A stretch of DNA of 60,400 bases, the filler included, from Candidatus Woesearchaeota archaeon (lineage in GTDB: Archaea; Nanobdellota; Nanobdellia; Woesearchaeales; CAZJJJ01), in the NCBI GenBank assembly GCA_046538795.1. It is 3 parts of 3 records of this genome, joined end to end, with 100 filler letters (N's around TTAATTAATTAA, not from the genome) between each part and the next. Parts side by side here need not be neighbours in the genome. Positions count along the whole stretch, not along the records: positions 41,000 to 60,400 come from JBKHIF010000023.1; 2 more parts are not named here. One strand, 5' to 3'. Below are positions 58,806 to 60,400 of this stretch, piece after piece. The notes under the pieces were generated by a model. The model was not told where the DNA came from. It made no database searches and was given only the letters and a program-made list of their open reading frames with translations. The first letter of the stretch is position 1, and the number at the start of each line of letters is the position of its first letter. The translations under genes were made by a program, and so were the position numbers.

Positions 58806-59351
58806 ATGGTTATGAATGATGTGTATTTTAAGATATATGGAAAAGCAGAGTCCATAGACGATATAATCAATGATATCCATTCTATGACAGGTGGCATGGA
58901 GGTTTTAGTAGATTCAACTCTTAGGATGTACTACAAACATATGCCAACACTTTTTGACGGCTCAAGAACAGTTTCTGTAAGATTTCCAGATAAAGGCGCA
59001 CTATACATTCCTTATGGAGATGAAGATAATTCTCACCATAAAATCTGTTATGTAAGAAATCCAGACCATTTCAAAGATCCAGGCAATGAGCCTGAATATG
59101 TCCCGTTCGGAACAGCAGATATAGATAGGTTTGCTTATGCTCACATAGGACACATACCTGAAAGTGTTCTTAAGAAAGCATGCTATGATTCAACAGATGA
59201 ACTTATCAAAGAATTATCAGAGATCGTTGAAACCGATATCCCCATAAGAATAAGCGATCCTGTAACAGTTGATTATATCTCAAATTTCAGACCAAATGAA
59301 CACATGAAAGAGATCATGGACAAATATGGATTGGATTACAAGAGGCAATAA
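58806..59351 (+). CDS. Hypothetical protein
   Basis: 181 aa ORF downstream of a TATA-like element. Confidence 0.7.
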   Translation: MVMNDVYFKIYGKAESIDDIINDIHSMTGGMEVLVDSTLRMYYKHMPTLFDGSRTVSVRFPDKGALYIPYGDEDNSHHKICYVRNPDHFKDPGNEPEYVPFGTADIDRFAYAHIGHIPESVLKKACYDSTDELIKELSEIVETDIPIRISDPVTVDYISNFRPNEHMKEIMDKYGLDYKRQ

Positions 59352-59352
59352 G

Positions 59353-59766
59353 ATGAATTTAGAAGACCAAGCATTTGAAGGATGTCTTGATACTGAAATT
59401 GAAAAAACACTTACAAAGACAGGATTATCTGATGATTATGTCAACGAATACTGTTCACTTGATTCAGCAATACAGCTATATGAACTTGGAAGAGAAGATC
59501 TTATCAAAAAGTTAACTCCATTAAAAAGATATGATGAAAGATATCCTGATCTTGTAACAGATGAAAACAGAGAAAGAGTAGAAAAAGTTAATACTATTGT
59601 TGATGAGATCAATGAAAATATTGAATCAGGAGCAATCAATGTCCATGAATATAAACATCTATTAGGCGCAATTGATTACCTTATATTCGACAGGTTAAGA
59701 CCATTTGCAAGAAGGCTTGGTCTTGATGAAAAAGAAGTAAAAAAAACAATTAAAAAATATGTTTAA
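59353..59766 (+). CDS. Hypothetical protein
   Basis: ATG 59353 directly after the previous stop; helical and charged. Confidence 0.7.
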   Translation: MNLEDQAFEGCLDTEIEKTLTKTGLSDDYVNEYCSLDSAIQLYELGREDLIKKLTPLKRYDERYPDLVTDENRERVEKVNTIVDEINENIESGAINVHEYKHLLGAIDYLIFDRLRPFARRLGLDEKEVKKTIKKYV

Positions 59767-60398
59767 TTATTCTTCCAAATTTCTATTGCAGATATAATCT
59801 GTGCAAGAGATATACTTGATGATGATTTCCATAATTCAATATAATTATTAAGTTCAGAAATATCTATATCCATGTCAGAATTAAGGTCAGCTTCATGGAT
59901 GTGTTCAGAAATAACATCATCTAATATTTCAACATTACATATATTGACAGGATCATAAGCCTGAAAACCCATAAAGTTAATCTCAATAGTATTTGCCTGT
60001 TCTGTCCTAAAAGAATAATCTTTTGCAATCATTATTTCAGCACCTGATTCAGGAGTTACATATACATCATAATTTCCTGATGTTACATTTACATTGATCA
60101 TAAAATAATAACTAGAAAATCCTGAATATTGAACCTCTGTTTCATAAGAATATGAATCTCCGTCACGGACATCAATTAATCCGTCAGGGCTGAATCTTAC
60201 CAAAACTGCATATTCGCTCCAGTGTGTCCCCTCAAAAGAGGATAGTCCAATGACTGAATCAAGCTCATCAATTTCAGGAGTTGCATTAAATGCTATGCTA
60301 AAAAAACCATCCTGAGATGTTATCGCAACATTCTGGAAATCACGTTCAGCAGCATAACAAGATTCATCTGAAACGTCTTCTTCACAAGTGCCTGAAAA
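59763..60398 (-). CDS. C-terminal part of a probable secreted protein (beta-sandwich + dockerin/EF-hand-like tail); continues beyond the window
   Basis: Frame is open to the window edge; ends HEADLNSDMDIDISELNNYIELWK...IISAIEIWK. Confidence 0.75.
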   Translation of the reverse strand, partial: FSGTCEEDVSDESCYAAERDFQNVAITSQDGFFSIAFNATPEIDELDSVIGLSSFEGTHWSEYAVLVRFSPDGLIDVRDGDSYSYETEVQYSGFSSYYFMINVNVTSGNYDVYVTPESGAEIMIAKDYSFRTEQANTIEINFMGFQAYDPVNICNVEILDDVISEHIHEADLNSDMDIDISELNNYIELWKSSSSISLAQIISAIEIWKNN

Positions 60399-60400
60399 AC

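Noticed and set aside
215..59639. Many 60-190 aa ORFs antisense to or nested in long genes
   Set aside because: Shadow ORFs of confidently identified genes, with no independent coding signal

Overview
AT-rich archaeal DNA, most consistent with a DPANN archaeon (Woesearchaeota-like; inferred from gene content, not from a database search). The window is three contigs joined by artificial N/TTAATTAATTAA/N linkers (20985-21084, 40900-40999), so gene neighbourhoods across the linkers are meaningless. Most genes are archaeal housekeeping: TFE, Hjc, histone, RNase Z, EndA, FEN1, Trm5, PAN, Hef, HtpX, L7Ae/S28e/L24e/Ndk, EF-2, EF-1alpha, S10, XPD, Nre. I saw no rRNA, tRNA, CRISPR array or intact transposase. 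Main leads: (1) a membrane-anchored LysM + lytic transglycosylase gene followed by two anchored proteins with possible LysM-like motifs, preceded by a Mesh1/SpoT-like HD hydrolase; (2) just upstream of that, a non-coding region with two stem-loops whose 44-49 nt loops contain no G; (3) two CpG-dense palindrome arrays sharing exact 12- and 14-mers, each in front of a putative DNA-binding protein gene; (4) a Trm5 with a ~240 aa TIM-barrel-like domain inserted in its methyltransferase domain; (5) an AsnB-like/Dph6 fusion plus a stand-alone Dph2 N-terminal module; (6) an MscS/C39-like peptidase fusion; (7) a dispersed modular hairpin element; (8) a textbook box C/D sRNA. All functional calls come from motif recognition by eye.
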